The position numbers and the translations under genes were made by a program. The notes beneath the pieces are model-generated. The model was given only the letters and a program-made list of their open reading frames with translations, did no database searches and had not been told where the DNA came from. Below are positions 20,759-30,289 of a stretch of 64,000 bases of DNA, one piece after another. Within the stretch, counting starts at the first letter, position 1; the number at the start of each line of letters is the position of its first letter. This stretch comes from Nitrosopumilus sp. GTDB taxonomy: Archaea; Thermoproteota; Nitrososphaeria; Nitrososphaerales; Nitrosopumilaceae. The stretch is from positions 960,001-1,024,000 of the forward strand of contig OZ252243.1 of NCBI GenBank assembly GCA_965249555.1. The letters run 5' to 3'.

Positions 20759-21316
20759 CTAAAAGTAAGAGTCTGAGGCACGTTTTTTGATAAGTGCCAT
20801 TATGATCGCTTTTTCCTCTTTATTTTCATAAATTCCTCGAAATGCTGATGAAGAAAGCATTGCATTATTTCTAACACCACGCATTTTCATGCAAAGATGT
20901 TCTGCATCAGCAAAAACTACAACGCCCTTAACGCCTTGAGAATATAGTTCATCTGCAATATTCTTAGTTAGTCGTTCCTGAATTTGTAGTCTCTTTGAAT
21001 ATTTTTCAACTAGTCTGACAAGTTTTGAAATTCCAAAAACTTTGCCATTTGGTGAGTAAGCAATGTGAATTTTTCCAAAAAATGGCAACATATGGTGCTC
21101 ACACATTGAATAAAATTGAATATCACGTGCAATAACTACATCAGAATCTTCTGAGAATTGCACAGCTAATTCTGAATCAGAATCATACCCTCCAAAGATT
21201 TCTTTGTACATATTTGCAATTCTTTCAGGAGTCTCTCGTAATCCCTCACGAGTAGGATCCTCCCCAACTTCAATGATTAATTCTCTTACGAGTTTTTTTA
21301 TACGTTCTTTGTCCAT
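20759..21316 (-). CDS. folE: GTP cyclohydrolase I
   Basis: [36 protein letters not shown]. Confidence 0.96.
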   Translation of the reverse strand: MDKERIKKLVRELIIEVGEDPTREGLRETPERIANMYKEIFGGYDSDSELAVQFSEDSDVVIARDIQFYSMCEHHMLPFFGKIHIAYSPNGKVFGISKLVRLVEKYSKRLQIQERLTKNIADELYSQGVKGVVVFADAEHLCMKMRGVRNNAMLSSSAFRGIYENKEEKAIIMALIKKRASDSYF

Positions 21317-21380
21317 TTGATATTTTCACAGAATTTTTCTAGTATTTGAACCTAATCAGATTTTTAGGCAGATAGTAGTG

Positions 21381-22094
21381 TTATGGGGCTCCAATGAATT
21401 TGTGTAACTGAGGAACTACCTTGACATCAATATAGTGCGGATATACTATATCATACAAATTCAATAAAAGATCCAATGATGGTTCAGAAATACCATAAGT
21501 AGGCTGAATAATAAATCCATCAATATCATCTTTAGAAATAATATTAAAAATTTGATTTGTTAATTCTTCAAAATCATTTAACTGAGTTTTTGAGCTAACT
21601 ACAATTTTGATGTAAGTTGTTTTCTTTGCATTTACAGATGACTCAAGACATTTCATTGCATGAACTATTAATTTTTCATAGTGTTTAGAATCTACAAAAT
21701 CAGAATCTTTTGTTTTAAATTCAATTTTGATAATATCAAAAAAGGGTAAAACATGATTAAATCTATCAATATCAAAACATGATGATTCAAGATACGTAGG
21801 AATTTTTTTATCTTGAATATGCTTTGCAAGTAATGCTACGGCTTCGTGCTGAATCAATGGATCGCCTCCTGTAAAATTTACTTTGTAAGTTTGGTTTTTG
21901 AGATTAGAATCAATTAGTTGGGTTGCATCTTCAATTGTATATTCTGTGCCAGAATCAAGGGGAAGAGATTCTATGGTATCACAATAAAAACAAGTGAAAG
22001 GACATCCTGCAAGTCTAACAAAAAGGGTCTTTGTTCCATAAAGAATACCCTCACCTTCAACTGATGTAAATATCTCAAATAGTCTTACTTTCAA
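21381..22094 (-). CDS. queE: 7-carboxy-7-deazaguanine synthase (radical SAM)
   Basis: EIFTSVEGEG, CPFTCFYCDT, PQLHK. Confidence 0.93.
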   Translation of the reverse strand: MKVRLFEIFTSVEGEGILYGTKTLFVRLAGCPFTCFYCDTIESLPLDSGTEYTIEDATQLIDSNLKNQTYKVNFTGGDPLIQHEAVALLAKHIQDKKIPTYLESSCFDIDRFNHVLPFFDIIKIEFKTKDSDFVDSKHYEKLIVHAMKCLESSVNAKKTTYIKIVVSSKTQLNDFEELTNQIFNIISKDDIDGFIIQPTYGISEPSLDLLLNLYDIVYPHYIDVKVVPQLHKFIGAP

Positions 22095-22135
22095 TAAATA
22101 ATAGTAGTTTTTTTCATTATTTATTCAATGAGTTT

Positions 22136-22336
22136 CTAATGCATCGAAGGTTCTTTTGAATAGAATAATCCAGAAATAAAGAATACTACTCCTAGGATTC
22201 CAATAGTGCTTCCAACAAGTTCTATTTGATTTTGAAAATATTCTTCCATTGGAGCCCATAACCATGCCATCAAAGCACCAACTACAATCATTGGAATTCC
22301 TACCCCAACTATAATTGCTTTAGATGCCATGCTCAA
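22136..22336 (-). CDS. Small 2-TM hypothetical protein
   Basis: 66-aa ORF with two hydrophobic segments. Confidence 0.65.
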   Translation of the reverse strand: MSMASKAIIVGVGIPMIVVGALMAWLWAPMEEYFQNQIELVGSTIGILGVVFFISGLFYSKEPSMH

Positions 22337-22375
22337 TTCTGTTTAGAAAATATATATGAAGTTTATGATAATCTA

Positions 22376-23383
22376 TCAAAGAGAATTTTTAATTTCTTGT
22401 AATTGTTCTGCCAAATTTCTTAGAAGATCGTTGGCTGCATCAAACTCACCTTCATACAAATGCTGTTTAATACTTTCAAGTGTACCTAGAGCATCATCTA
22501 AATCATCTTGATCTACTCCATCTTCTTGAGATAGTCCAGATAGAGTTTTTTCAACTTGTAAAACTCTAGATTCGAGTCCATCATTTTCTGTTAATTCAAA
22601 CTGATCCTTAATTGACATAATTTTCCTAATTTCCTTGATAATTTCTCTTGGATTATCTGCAGAAGAAAGATTTTCTTTGGCTGTTTCTAGTTTTTCTATA
22701 ATCTCATCTGCAACACCCTGTTTTTTGGCATTTTCTATTAATCGATCAAGTTGTTCTAGATATTTCTGAGCATATTCTTCAGCACGTTGAGATTCATGTC
22801 TTGATGCTTCTTCATGAAGTTCTCTTTTTACTTCCTCTATAGTTTCTTTAATTTCATAAAGGGTTTCTAATGCTAAAGCAAATTGATGATCACTGATCTG
22901 TTGTCTTGCTTTAGCAAACAATTCATCGAGTTCAGAAAAATCAATTAAAGCATTATGTTTTTCAGCAATTGTTTTTAGACTGTCAACATATCCTTGCAAT
23001 CTTTGAAGAAGATTTGATGGATCTTTAACATCACTTCTTACAGAATCTGTTTCTGTTTGAGGTATAGTATCAGATGTTACTAATTGCCTAGAAATTTCTG
23101 TGAAAATTTTCATAGCGGAAAGAAAATGTTCCTCTGCAGAACCAGTATTATCACTTCTTAATGCTATTTCTAATGCATTGACCTCTTGTGTTCCCTCTTC
23201 AAATAATCTCTTTACTTTATCTGATGAATCAGCAGAGATCTGATTATGAATTTGTTCTTGTGCACGTTTTGCAATCTTTAGAAGACTTGTAGTATCATCT
23301 TGAGCAGAAACGTTACTTGTCATGCCTCCAAGAGCCATACTTGCAACTAAAATCAACAGACCAAAAGATGTTATATTTTTCAT
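22376..23383 (-). CDS. Secreted all-helical (helical-bundle repeat) protein
   Basis: Signal peptide; repeated amphipathic E/K/L-rich helices. Confidence 0.75.
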   Translation of the reverse strand: MKNITSFGLLILVASMALGGMTSNVSAQDDTTSLLKIAKRAQEQIHNQISADSSDKVKRLFEEGTQEVNALEIALRSDNTGSAEEHFLSAMKIFTEISRQLVTSDTIPQTETDSVRSDVKDPSNLLQRLQGYVDSLKTIAEKHNALIDFSELDELFAKARQQISDHQFALALETLYEIKETIEEVKRELHEEASRHESQRAEEYAQKYLEQLDRLIENAKKQGVADEIIEKLETAKENLSSADNPREIIKEIRKIMSIKDQFELTENDGLESRVLQVEKTLSGLSQEDGVDQDDLDDALGTLESIKQHLYEGEFDAANDLLRNLAEQLQEIKNSL

Positions 23384-24399
23384 TCTTCTTCCTCCATTTC
23401 TTTCTTCAATTTTACTAGATTTTGCAAGTCTTTTTTGGTAATTTCAATGATTCCTTGTCTTTCTAATCGTTTTACTGCTCTCCACATAGTAGTTCTGGGT
23501 TGAAGGAATTTTTTTCTTAATTCACTTTCCAAAGCTTGTCCTCCATTTTCAGAAATAAATTTGATAATTTCTTTGTCATCCTCACGTAATAAAGGTCTGA
23601 GATTGAAAATGGTTTCAGTATCAAGAGAGTCTGTATTTATTTTAGATTTAGAAATAACTTCAGTTTGTAAGACAGGTGAAAGTTTTGTTTGTTTTCTTTT
23701 AATTATAATTATTACTCCAGCTATAGCTGCTGCAATAGTAGCTCCAATTAGAGCTAATGTAGAAATATCCATAGTTGGTTGTACAGGATTTACAATCGGT
23801 GGATTTGTAGTACCAAAAATATAATTAATTTCGGATAAACCATTACTCAGCTCTAGTTTTGTTTGATCATTTACTAGATCCATATTTGATGGAGGTACAC
23901 TCATACCAACAATAATGGAATTTGATGGCATCAATAATGAATAATCAGTTGGTGAATCAAGAGAAAAAGTCCAAATTCTTCCTTCTTTTGAAATTAAGTC
24001 ATGAATATCATAATCAATTGTAATAGCAGAGGAACCAAAGGTGTCTATCATTACTTTATCACCAATTATTTCACTAGATAGCAAAAAACCATTTTCACCA
24101 ACTGCTACAAAGTTGTCAATAGATGAACCAAACAGGTTAACTTCAAAATCAGGCTCTAAAGGATCTACATCTACCTGAGTAAAGATATGTGCTGATCCAT
24201 CTGAATAAAGAGTAAGATCAAGAGTTCGAGTAGAGCTGAATGAGGACTGTATTGGTATCGTTAGTGCAACAACAATTAAGCCAGCAATTATCAAAGGTGT
24301 CTTAACCATTGTTTCGAGGATACCATCAGTCCTTACAAAAATCATTCCATCTTCTCGAAAAGACTCTATTCTATGTATTGGTACGATTTTGGGATTCAT
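23380..24399 (-). CDS. Membrane-spanning regulator: extracellular beta domain, TM helix, cytoplasmic winged HTH (COG2512-like)
   Basis: Signal-like segment, TM LALIGATIAAAIAGVIIII, C-terminal ESELRKKFLQPRTTMWRAVKRLERQGII; true start probably downstream of track start. Confidence 0.8.
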   Translation of the reverse strand: MNPKIVPIHRIESFREDGMIFVRTDGILETMVKTPLIIAGLIVVALTIPIQSSFSSTRTLDLTLYSDGSAHIFTQVDVDPLEPDFEVNLFGSSIDNFVAVGENGFLLSSEIIGDKVMIDTFGSSAITIDYDIHDLISKEGRIWTFSLDSPTDYSLLMPSNSIIVGMSVPPSNMDLVNDQTKLELSNGLSEINYIFGTTNPPIVNPVQPTMDISTLALIGATIAAAIAGVIIIIKRKQTKLSPVLQTEVISKSKINTDSLDTETIFNLRPLLREDDKEIIKFISENGGQALESELRKKFLQPRTTMWRAVKRLERQGIIEITKKDLQNLVKLKKEMEEEE

Positions 24400-24403
24400 G
24401 GGT

Positions 24404-24691
24404 TTAATACCTTAGATTCATGCTTTCTACGAGTCCCTGGAATCTTTTGAATTCCTGGAAGAACTGAAGTCCTTTTTCAGTAATCAGAAAGATTCTATTC
24501 CTGTCATTTTTGACGGATTCGACCAAGCCTGCTTCTACCAGTTTCTCACATTTGTCTAATACTGCATAGTGAGATAGGTTGGCTTTGCGAGAGATCGTAG
24601 ATATAATGACTCCATCACGACCGCCATCAGCGGTAACGTATAAGATATCACCCATTATGCCCATTTCGGACCTGTATTGTTGTTTTGACAT
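24404..24691 (-). CDS. Small winged-helix transcriptional regulator
   Basis: YRSEMGIMGDIL...ISRKANLSH...LITEKG. Confidence 0.85.
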   Translation of the reverse strand: MSKQQYRSEMGIMGDILYVTADGGRDGVIISTISRKANLSHYAVLDKCEKLVEAGLVESVKNDRNRIFLITEKGLQFFQEFKRFQGLVESMNLRY

Positions 24692-24738
24692 GTCTTAGTA
24701 TACAACTAATTGGTTTATGAGGGACATCTTGAAACAGT

Positions 24739-24760
24739 AAAGCGGAACGCAAAGCGGAAC
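24739..24760. repeat. Perfect 10-bp direct repeat AAAGCGGAAC x2; possible operator
   Basis: Copies at 24739-24748 and 24751-24760, ~50 bp upstream of the wHTH gene. Confidence 0.5.
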
Positions 24761-24789
24761 AGGTTTTTCAGCTAGAAAAATGATGGAAT

Positions 24790-25171
24790 TTTACAGAAAA
24801 TGATATACAGAGAAGGTTATCCTTTGAAGGTCAACCATCAAGTTGGGCATATGTAAATTACCAAGCATATCATTCAGGGATAGGTCATCTTTGATGGTAA
24901 AGCGTATAAGGTTGGAGAAAATTTATGGAAAATTTCTACAAATGATGTAATGGACAAAACAGTCTCAGATGAGAGTTTCAGTTACAGAGTCGTATTTTCT
25001 GGAAAAGCTGTAGAAATAGATGAGGAGAATGTAATTGCCATTTCCTTTATGAATTATAGTCTAAAAAATCCAGAGATGGGGCAAAATATGAAATTTCTTC
25101 AGGTTGGAGAATTGACCATAAAATCAGAAAAATCAATTAACTCGAACCAAGAATTCAGAAATTCGATATAG
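24790..25171 (+). pseudogene. Degraded, 5'-truncated gene remnant
   Basis: Protein-like frames ENDIQRRLSFEGQPSSWAYVNYQAYHSG, then a shift to FDGKAYKVGENLWKISTND continuing into the 73-aa tracked ORF. Confidence 0.45.
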
Positions 25172-25278
25172 GTGAGATAATCACCATTTTTTTCTTTAAT
25201 TGACTAAAAATCATTCACAAGGTCAGCTTTGAGATTCATAGTAACTTTTTATTCCCAGATTGAAAAGAGAATCATAAA

Positions 25279-25746
25279 ATGTTTGATAAATTTAGAGAAG
25301 GTGAAGGAGAGATGGTAGAAGAAAGGAAAGGAGAGAACACCAATGCTGAAGAATCTACTTCAACTGTAGAGTCTGGAAGTGAGATTGGAATTGGAGAATT
25401 AATAGGAAAACGTGCAAAATTAGAAGAGGCAATAGATTATGTTGGTTTAATGATTAAGAATCTAAGAGATAAGAGAACTTTACTTGAAAAAGACATTGAA
25501 GAAGAATCAGTAGATATTAAGAATCTCAAAGAAAAACTACAGAAAGTTAGCGAATACATAGAAGAGGAAAATAGAGGAATTAGGGATCTTTCAATTAAGA
25601 GAAAACAAGTAGAAGATGAAGCCGATGAAGTAGGAACAATCATCAATACATTAAGAGATAGACTATCAGGAATTGATAGAATAATTGGTGATGAAGGTAG
25701 TAGAGTTAAGAGAATTAAAGAATCTAGAGATTCTCTAGAAGAATAA
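25279..25746 (+). CDS. Coiled-coil hypothetical protein
   Basis: Continuous E/K/R-rich heptad pattern. Confidence 0.75.
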   Translation: MFDKFREGEGEMVEERKGENTNAEESTSTVESGSEIGIGELIGKRAKLEEAIDYVGLMIKNLRDKRTLLEKDIEEESVDIKNLKEKLQKVSEYIEEENRGIRDLSIKRKQVEDEADEVGTIINTLRDRLSGIDRIIGDEGSRVKRIKESRDSLEE

Positions 25747-25757
25747 AAATTTTAGAA

Positions 25758-26399
25758 TTAGAGGAATTTAGCAGTAGTTGTTTCTTGAGTTTCTGTTGGA
25801 ACTGAAGGGAACATTTGACCGGCAGAAGTCTCTGCAACAGCAGCAGCTTCTTTGAGAATACTTTCAGATTCTGCGTTAGTAGTTTCATCAACTCCAAATG
25901 CTGTATCTCCTGAGAAACTTTCTGTCATAAAGCCTCCAAGCATTTCTGCCATTTGACCAATTTCTTGCTCAGCCCCTGGCATTATTTTTCCAAGAGATGA
26001 TTTTAGATTCTTCATCAAACCCATTGTTGGCATGATTGCTACTACAGTATCTCCAAGATCACTGCAGGTAGTTAAGCGTAATTCAATTTGTTCTAATGCT
26101 ATTCTAGCACTACTCAAAATTTTGGTAACTTTTCTTACTTCGGCTAACTCATTACCAAGAACCTTGCTGGTTTGAATATCATGTTTTTGTGTTGCCTCTA
26201 CAATTCTTTGAAATAATTTTGTATCACGTTCTTGTAAGTTTGTTAGCATTGAATCTAATTTTTGAATTTGTAATTGTAATTTTTTAATTCCATCTTGAAC
26301 TCTGGGTTTTAGTGGGCCTTTAGGCTTGAGTGTATCATTAATTTTTTCAGTAATACCGGGTTGTGACTGTTTTGACCATTTACTAGACAAATTAGGCAT
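25758..26399 (-). CDS. cdvB: ESCRT-III/Snf7 family CdvB paralog
   Basis: Aligns by eye with 4073..4723 (LKPR.Q, ELAE.RK, LEQI.LRLTT..DLGD, FPSVP); likely start MPNL at 26399. Confidence 0.88.
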   Translation of the reverse strand: MPNLSSKWSKQSQPGITEKINDTLKPKGPLKPRVQDGIKKLQLQIQKLDSMLTNLQERDTKLFQRIVEATQKHDIQTSKVLGNELAEVRKVTKILSSARIALEQIELRLTTCSDLGDTVVAIMPTMGLMKNLKSSLGKIMPGAEQEIGQMAEMLGGFMTESFSGDTAFGVDETTNAESESILKEAAAVAETSAGQMFPSVPTETQETTTAKFL

Positions 26400-26569
26400 A
26401 AGTTTGATTTTAAAATATGTACTTAATTTCAAGGGTGAATATTGGTTTACAGTAGATAAAATTTTGCTAACAAAAATTAAACATTAGTGGTTTTCTGAGG
26501 CTAGATTATGCAATATGTTCCCATTAATTTAGAAATTTATTTTTATAATGGAATTTAGAGTGTGTTTCA

Positions 26570-27001
26570 GTGAATAAAAAAATTGTAATAATTCCCATGC
26601 TTATGATAATTATAATTTTTGTAGCAATTTTTTCATTAGATCCATCTGAAAAAAATGATAATGTAATATTTCATGTAACTCTTGCAGATCCTGACCTGTA
26701 CAATAATGGAATCTATACTGATGTATTTACTATTGATAAAGGAGAATATTCTTTTAGATTTGTTCCAAATGGGAGTAGTCCAGAGATCTTATCAATAACA
26801 TTAAATGGAGAAAATTTTGATTTTTCTGAAGATTTTATGCTTGAAAGTACATCACACCAAACTGGAACCTCTGAATATTTTACGTGGAAATATGAGGAGC
26901 AAGAAATTATTTGGATTACTGAGATGCAAGAAATTTCAATAATTATCAATCCAAATGGAAATGTAATGGGTTCAGTATCTGTGGATATTTTAGAAAAATA
27001 A
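26570..27001 (+). CDS. N-terminally anchored hypothetical protein
   Basis: N-terminal hydrophobic helix followed by a beta-rich domain. Confidence 0.7.
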   Translation: MNKKIVIIPMLMIIIIFVAIFSLDPSEKNDNVIFHVTLADPDLYNNGIYTDVFTIDKGEYSFRFVPNGSSPEILSITLNGENFDFSEDFMLESTSHQTGTSEYFTWKYEEQEIIWITEMQEISIIINPNGNVMGSVSVDILEK

Positions 27002-27002
27002 A

Positions 27003-27135
27003 AGGCGTATGCCCCTTTACTGCAGAACTTTGAGAGATTTCCTCTCGTGGTCAGTACGTTATAACGTCTGATTGCCTTTTTCGTTCTGCGGGGCTACGCA
27101 GTTTTAGTCGATAGGAATTATATCCTTCGGCATCA
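27003..27135 (-). ncRNA. Candidate ~130-nt multi-branched non-coding RNA
   Basis: GC-rich island with nested helices (27005-15/27090-99, 27022-28/27083-89, 27032-36/27042-46, 27049-60/27063-76) plus a hairpin at 27109-27129; TATA-like element upstream and T-tract downstream on the minus strand. Confidence 0.6.
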
Positions 27136-27268
27136 TATAATATAGTAACTTTAACTATTTAACATTTCATATAATAAATTATAAGATTTTATGATATTTT
27201 ATAAAATATTTTGTGCCTATTTAGAGATATAGTTGATCTATAAATTACGAATTTTTGTGTAAAAAATA

Positions 27269-28012
27269 TTGAGATTATCTGGAAAAATTGCATTAGTAAC
27301 TGGTGGAAGTCGTGGAATAGGATTTGCTACAGCAAAAATTTTATCAGAAAATGGAGCAACGGTGGTAATAACAGCAAAGGACCAGGATAGATTAGAAAAA
27401 TCTGTATTAGAGATTCCAAATGCAGTTGGTATTACAGCTGACATTAGAAAAAGAAATGATGTAAAAAGTGTTGTAAATAAAACGATTGAAAAATTTAGTA
27501 GATTAGATATTCTTGTAAATAATGCCGGAATTTTTCCAAAGATCAAACTATTACACGAGATTGATGAAGATGAGTGGAATGAAGTTTTAGATGTGAATCT
27601 TACAGGACAATTTAGATTTACTAAAGAAGCAATTCCTCATTTGAAAAAATCAGGTGGTTCAATAATTAACATTTCATCAGACGCAGGATTAAAAGCATAT
27701 CAAGGATTTAATGCTGATGCATATTCTGCTTCAAAAGCTGCTTTAATTTTGCTAACAAAATGTTGGGCACTTGAATATGCTAAATATAAGATTAGAGTTA
27801 ACTGTATTTGTCCGGGAGTAGTAGATACAGATATGACAAAGCCATTTATGAAAACTCAGAAAGATAGAGAATTCATGGATAGTGAACATCCAATAGGTAG
27901 AATTGGTCAACCTGAAGAAGTAGCAAAAGCAGTAATGTATTTTGTATCAGATGATGCATCTTGGACTACTGGTGCAATACTTGCAGTAGATGGAGGAGAA
28001 TCAATTAAATGA
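27269..28012 (+). CDS. Short-chain dehydrogenase/reductase (FabG-like)
   Basis: TGGSRGIG, NNAG, YSASK, VDGG. Confidence 0.92.
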   Translation: MRLSGKIALVTGGSRGIGFATAKILSENGATVVITAKDQDRLEKSVLEIPNAVGITADIRKRNDVKSVVNKTIEKFSRLDILVNNAGIFPKIKLLHEIDEDEWNEVLDVNLTGQFRFTKEAIPHLKKSGGSIINISSDAGLKAYQGFNADAYSASKAALILLTKCWALEYAKYKIRVNCICPGVVDTDMTKPFMKTQKDREFMDSEHPIGRIGQPEEVAKAVMYFVSDDASWTTGAILAVDGGESIK

Positions 28013-28049
28013 ATTCACATGAATTTAATACAACTGTTGAGGGCAAAAT

Positions 28050-28259
28050 ATGATGAAAGATAGAAAGGCAAAAGCTAAGTTGATTATTCTTTTAGGAGTT
28101 ATTTGGGTAATCATTACATTACCACTACCATGGATAGTAAACAACCCACTAGTTTCAGAATCACAGTTTAACACCATACTTGCCATTATAGGAGTAATGT
28201 CAATTCCATTTATTGTTCTAGGAGTTGTGTGGACATTAAAGCCAGAACTTACAACTTAG
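28050..28259 (+). CDS. Small 2-TM hypothetical protein
   Basis: 69-aa ORF with two hydrophobic helices. Confidence 0.65.
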   Translation: MMKDRKAKAKLIILLGVIWVIITLPLPWIVNNPLVSESQFNTILAIIGVMSIPFIVLGVVWTLKPELTT

Positions 28260-28269
28260 GTAGTTTTAG

Positions 28270-29085
28270 TTGAAAGATATTCCCATAACAGATAAGATTC
28301 CTGAATTAGATATTGCTATTCAGGCTGCAAAAGAGGCAGGAAATGCAATTTTGGAGATTTATCAGAGAAATTTTGAAATATCTAAAAAAAGTGATGATTC
28401 TCCAATTACCGAAGCAGATCTTAAAAGTAATGAAATCATCAAAGAAATTCTCTCACAGACAGAGCACATAATTTTATCAGAAGAGGACAAAGATGATCAA
28501 AATAGATTATCAAAAGATACAATTTGGATTGTAGACCCACTTGATGGGACTTCTGATTTTATTGATAAAACAGGTGAATTTACAGTTATGATTGCATTGA
28601 TAAAAAATAAAAAACCAATTCTTGGAGTTATTAGTTGGCCTACAGAAAAAACATTCTTTGTTGCACAAAAAGGAAGTGGGGCATTTAGATATTCAAATAA
28701 TGAGTGGAGAAAAATATCTGTAACTACATTAACAGAACTTTCAAAATGTAGAGTAGTTGGATCAAGACACCATCTTTCAGATAAAGAAAAATCATTTATC
28801 AAAAAATTAGGTATTGGAGACTTTACAAGCATCGGTAGTTCATTAAAGGTTGGAAAGATCAGTTCAGGAGAAGCTGAAGCATATATCACAACCACAAACA
28901 AAATGAAGGAATGGGATTCAGCGGCATCTTATTGTATTATTTCAGAAGCCGGAGGAAAAATGACTGACATGTCAGGTAATGATATCACATACAATAACAA
29001 AGAAGTTTTTCATCAAAATGGAATTCTAGTAACAAATGGATTAATTCACGATAAAATAGTTGAAGAATTTAAAAAATTAGAGTAG
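28270..29085 (+). CDS. cysQ: 3'(2'),5'-bisphosphate nucleotidase (CysQ/IMPase family)
   Basis: SPITEAD, LSEE, WIVDPLDGT, IGSSLK, EWDSAA. Confidence 0.9.
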   Translation: MKDIPITDKIPELDIAIQAAKEAGNAILEIYQRNFEISKKSDDSPITEADLKSNEIIKEILSQTEHIILSEEDKDDQNRLSKDTIWIVDPLDGTSDFIDKTGEFTVMIALIKNKKPILGVISWPTEKTFFVAQKGSGAFRYSNNEWRKISVTTLTELSKCRVVGSRHHLSDKEKSFIKKLGIGDFTSIGSSLKVGKISSGEAEAYITTTNKMKEWDSAASYCIISEAGGKMTDMSGNDITYNNKEVFHQNGILVTNGLIHDKIVEEFKKLE

Positions 29086-29592
29086 GTTTCTTCCGTTAAG
29101 AAAGTCCTTTACTTTGTTTGCACTCTCTGAAAGTGGTTCATCTTCTGTATCAATTATCAAATCTGCATTTTCTGGAGCTTCATAAGGATCATCAATTCCT
29201 GTAAATCCTTTGATTTCTCCTTTTCTTGCCTTAGCATACATGCCTTTGACATCTCTTTCTTCACATTTTTCAAGAGAGCATTTAACATAACATTCCGCAA
29301 ACTGATCACCTGCACCAATAATTTCTCTAGCATCTTTTCTATTCCCAACATATGGAGATACTAAAGATACTACACTTGGAACACCGTGATTTAGCAAAAG
29401 CTTAGCCAAATGAGCAACTTTTTTGTTATGCTCATCACGTCCTGCTTTTGAAAAGTCTTTTGGAGAGAACCATTCTCTTAGCTCATCACCATCAAGCATT
29501 GCCAAATTTGGGATATCTTTTTGCAGATCTTTTACGATAGTGGTCTTTCCTGAACAAGGAAGACCAGTCATCCAAATAACAAAAGGCTTCAT
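29077..29592 (-). CDS. cysC: Adenylyl-sulfate kinase
   Basis: WMTGLPCSGKTT, LDGDELR, RDVKGMY, FTGIDDPYEAP. Confidence 0.95.
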   Translation of the reverse strand: MKPFVIWMTGLPCSGKTTIVKDLQKDIPNLAMLDGDELREWFSPKDFSKAGRDEHNKKVAHLAKLLLNHGVPSVVSLVSPYVGNRKDAREIIGAGDQFAECYVKCSLEKCEERDVKGMYAKARKGEIKGFTGIDDPYEAPENADLIIDTEDEPLSESANKVKDFLNGRNLL

Positions 29593-29628
29593 GAATCAAA
29601 TTTCTTAACAGCCCATAAAGAGCTTACG

Positions 29629-30171
29629 TTAATTTTGAAACCAAGGTTGATTTTCCAAATATTCAATTTCTTTAATCATATCTTCCATTTTTTTTGAAAT
29701 GGCCATAACTGATTTGAATTGCTCATACATATCATATTCTTCTTCTTTTGAGAGTACTTCAGCTTCAGCTTTATCAAAAAAATTTTCTTCTTTGGTTTTA
29801 TGGTCCATAAGAAATATCGAATATGTTTTTAGATATCTGGCAACAGGCTCTCTTGCATCTTTTCCTTCTTTCCACTGTTTGAGATATTTTTTGATTTGTA
29901 ACGCGATTCTTCTAGAAAATTCATGCTCTACTAACAGTTTGTGGATTTCTTCTTTGAGATGATCATAGCTTGCAACACAGGGAAAATAGGCGTCTTCTTC
30001 TCTGGAATAATGAATAGAATCTAAGAATTCATCTATAACTAATGAAATTTTATCTATATCAGATAAAGGAATGTTTTTTCCTGCATAAAGTTCCGTATAG
30101 CACTTTATGATCACTTTTTCTAATCGCCCAATTTGCTTGTGATCCTCACGTAATGATTCTGTTGCACTCAA
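29629..30171 (-). CDS. Hemerythrin/HHE cation-binding domain protein
   Basis: LREDH, HYSREEDAYFP, EHE, HKTKEE. Confidence 0.85.
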   Translation of the reverse strand: MSATESLREDHKQIGRLEKVIIKCYTELYAGKNIPLSDIDKISLVIDEFLDSIHYSREEDAYFPCVASYDHLKEEIHKLLVEHEFSRRIALQIKKYLKQWKEGKDAREPVARYLKTYSIFLMDHKTKEENFFDKAEAEVLSKEEEYDMYEQFKSVMAISKKMEDMIKEIEYLENQPWFQN

Positions 30172-30289
30172 GTAAGAAAAGTATTGTTAGTGTTCATTTA
30201 ATGTGTATCTAAAAATCAACTATGGAGCTTAAAATTATCAAACAAATCCAGTTTAACTTTTATCCACATATATTTACATTCAGTCATTA

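Noticed and set aside
19789-22094. queC-folE-queE as a DNA deazaguanine modification (Dpd) system
   Set aside because: No dpdA or other modification/restriction genes nearby; consistent with ordinary archaeosine precursor synthesis
27103-27136. 10-codon minus-strand ORF MMPKDIIPID
   Set aside because: Too short to support; no downstream co-oriented gene for a leader-peptide role
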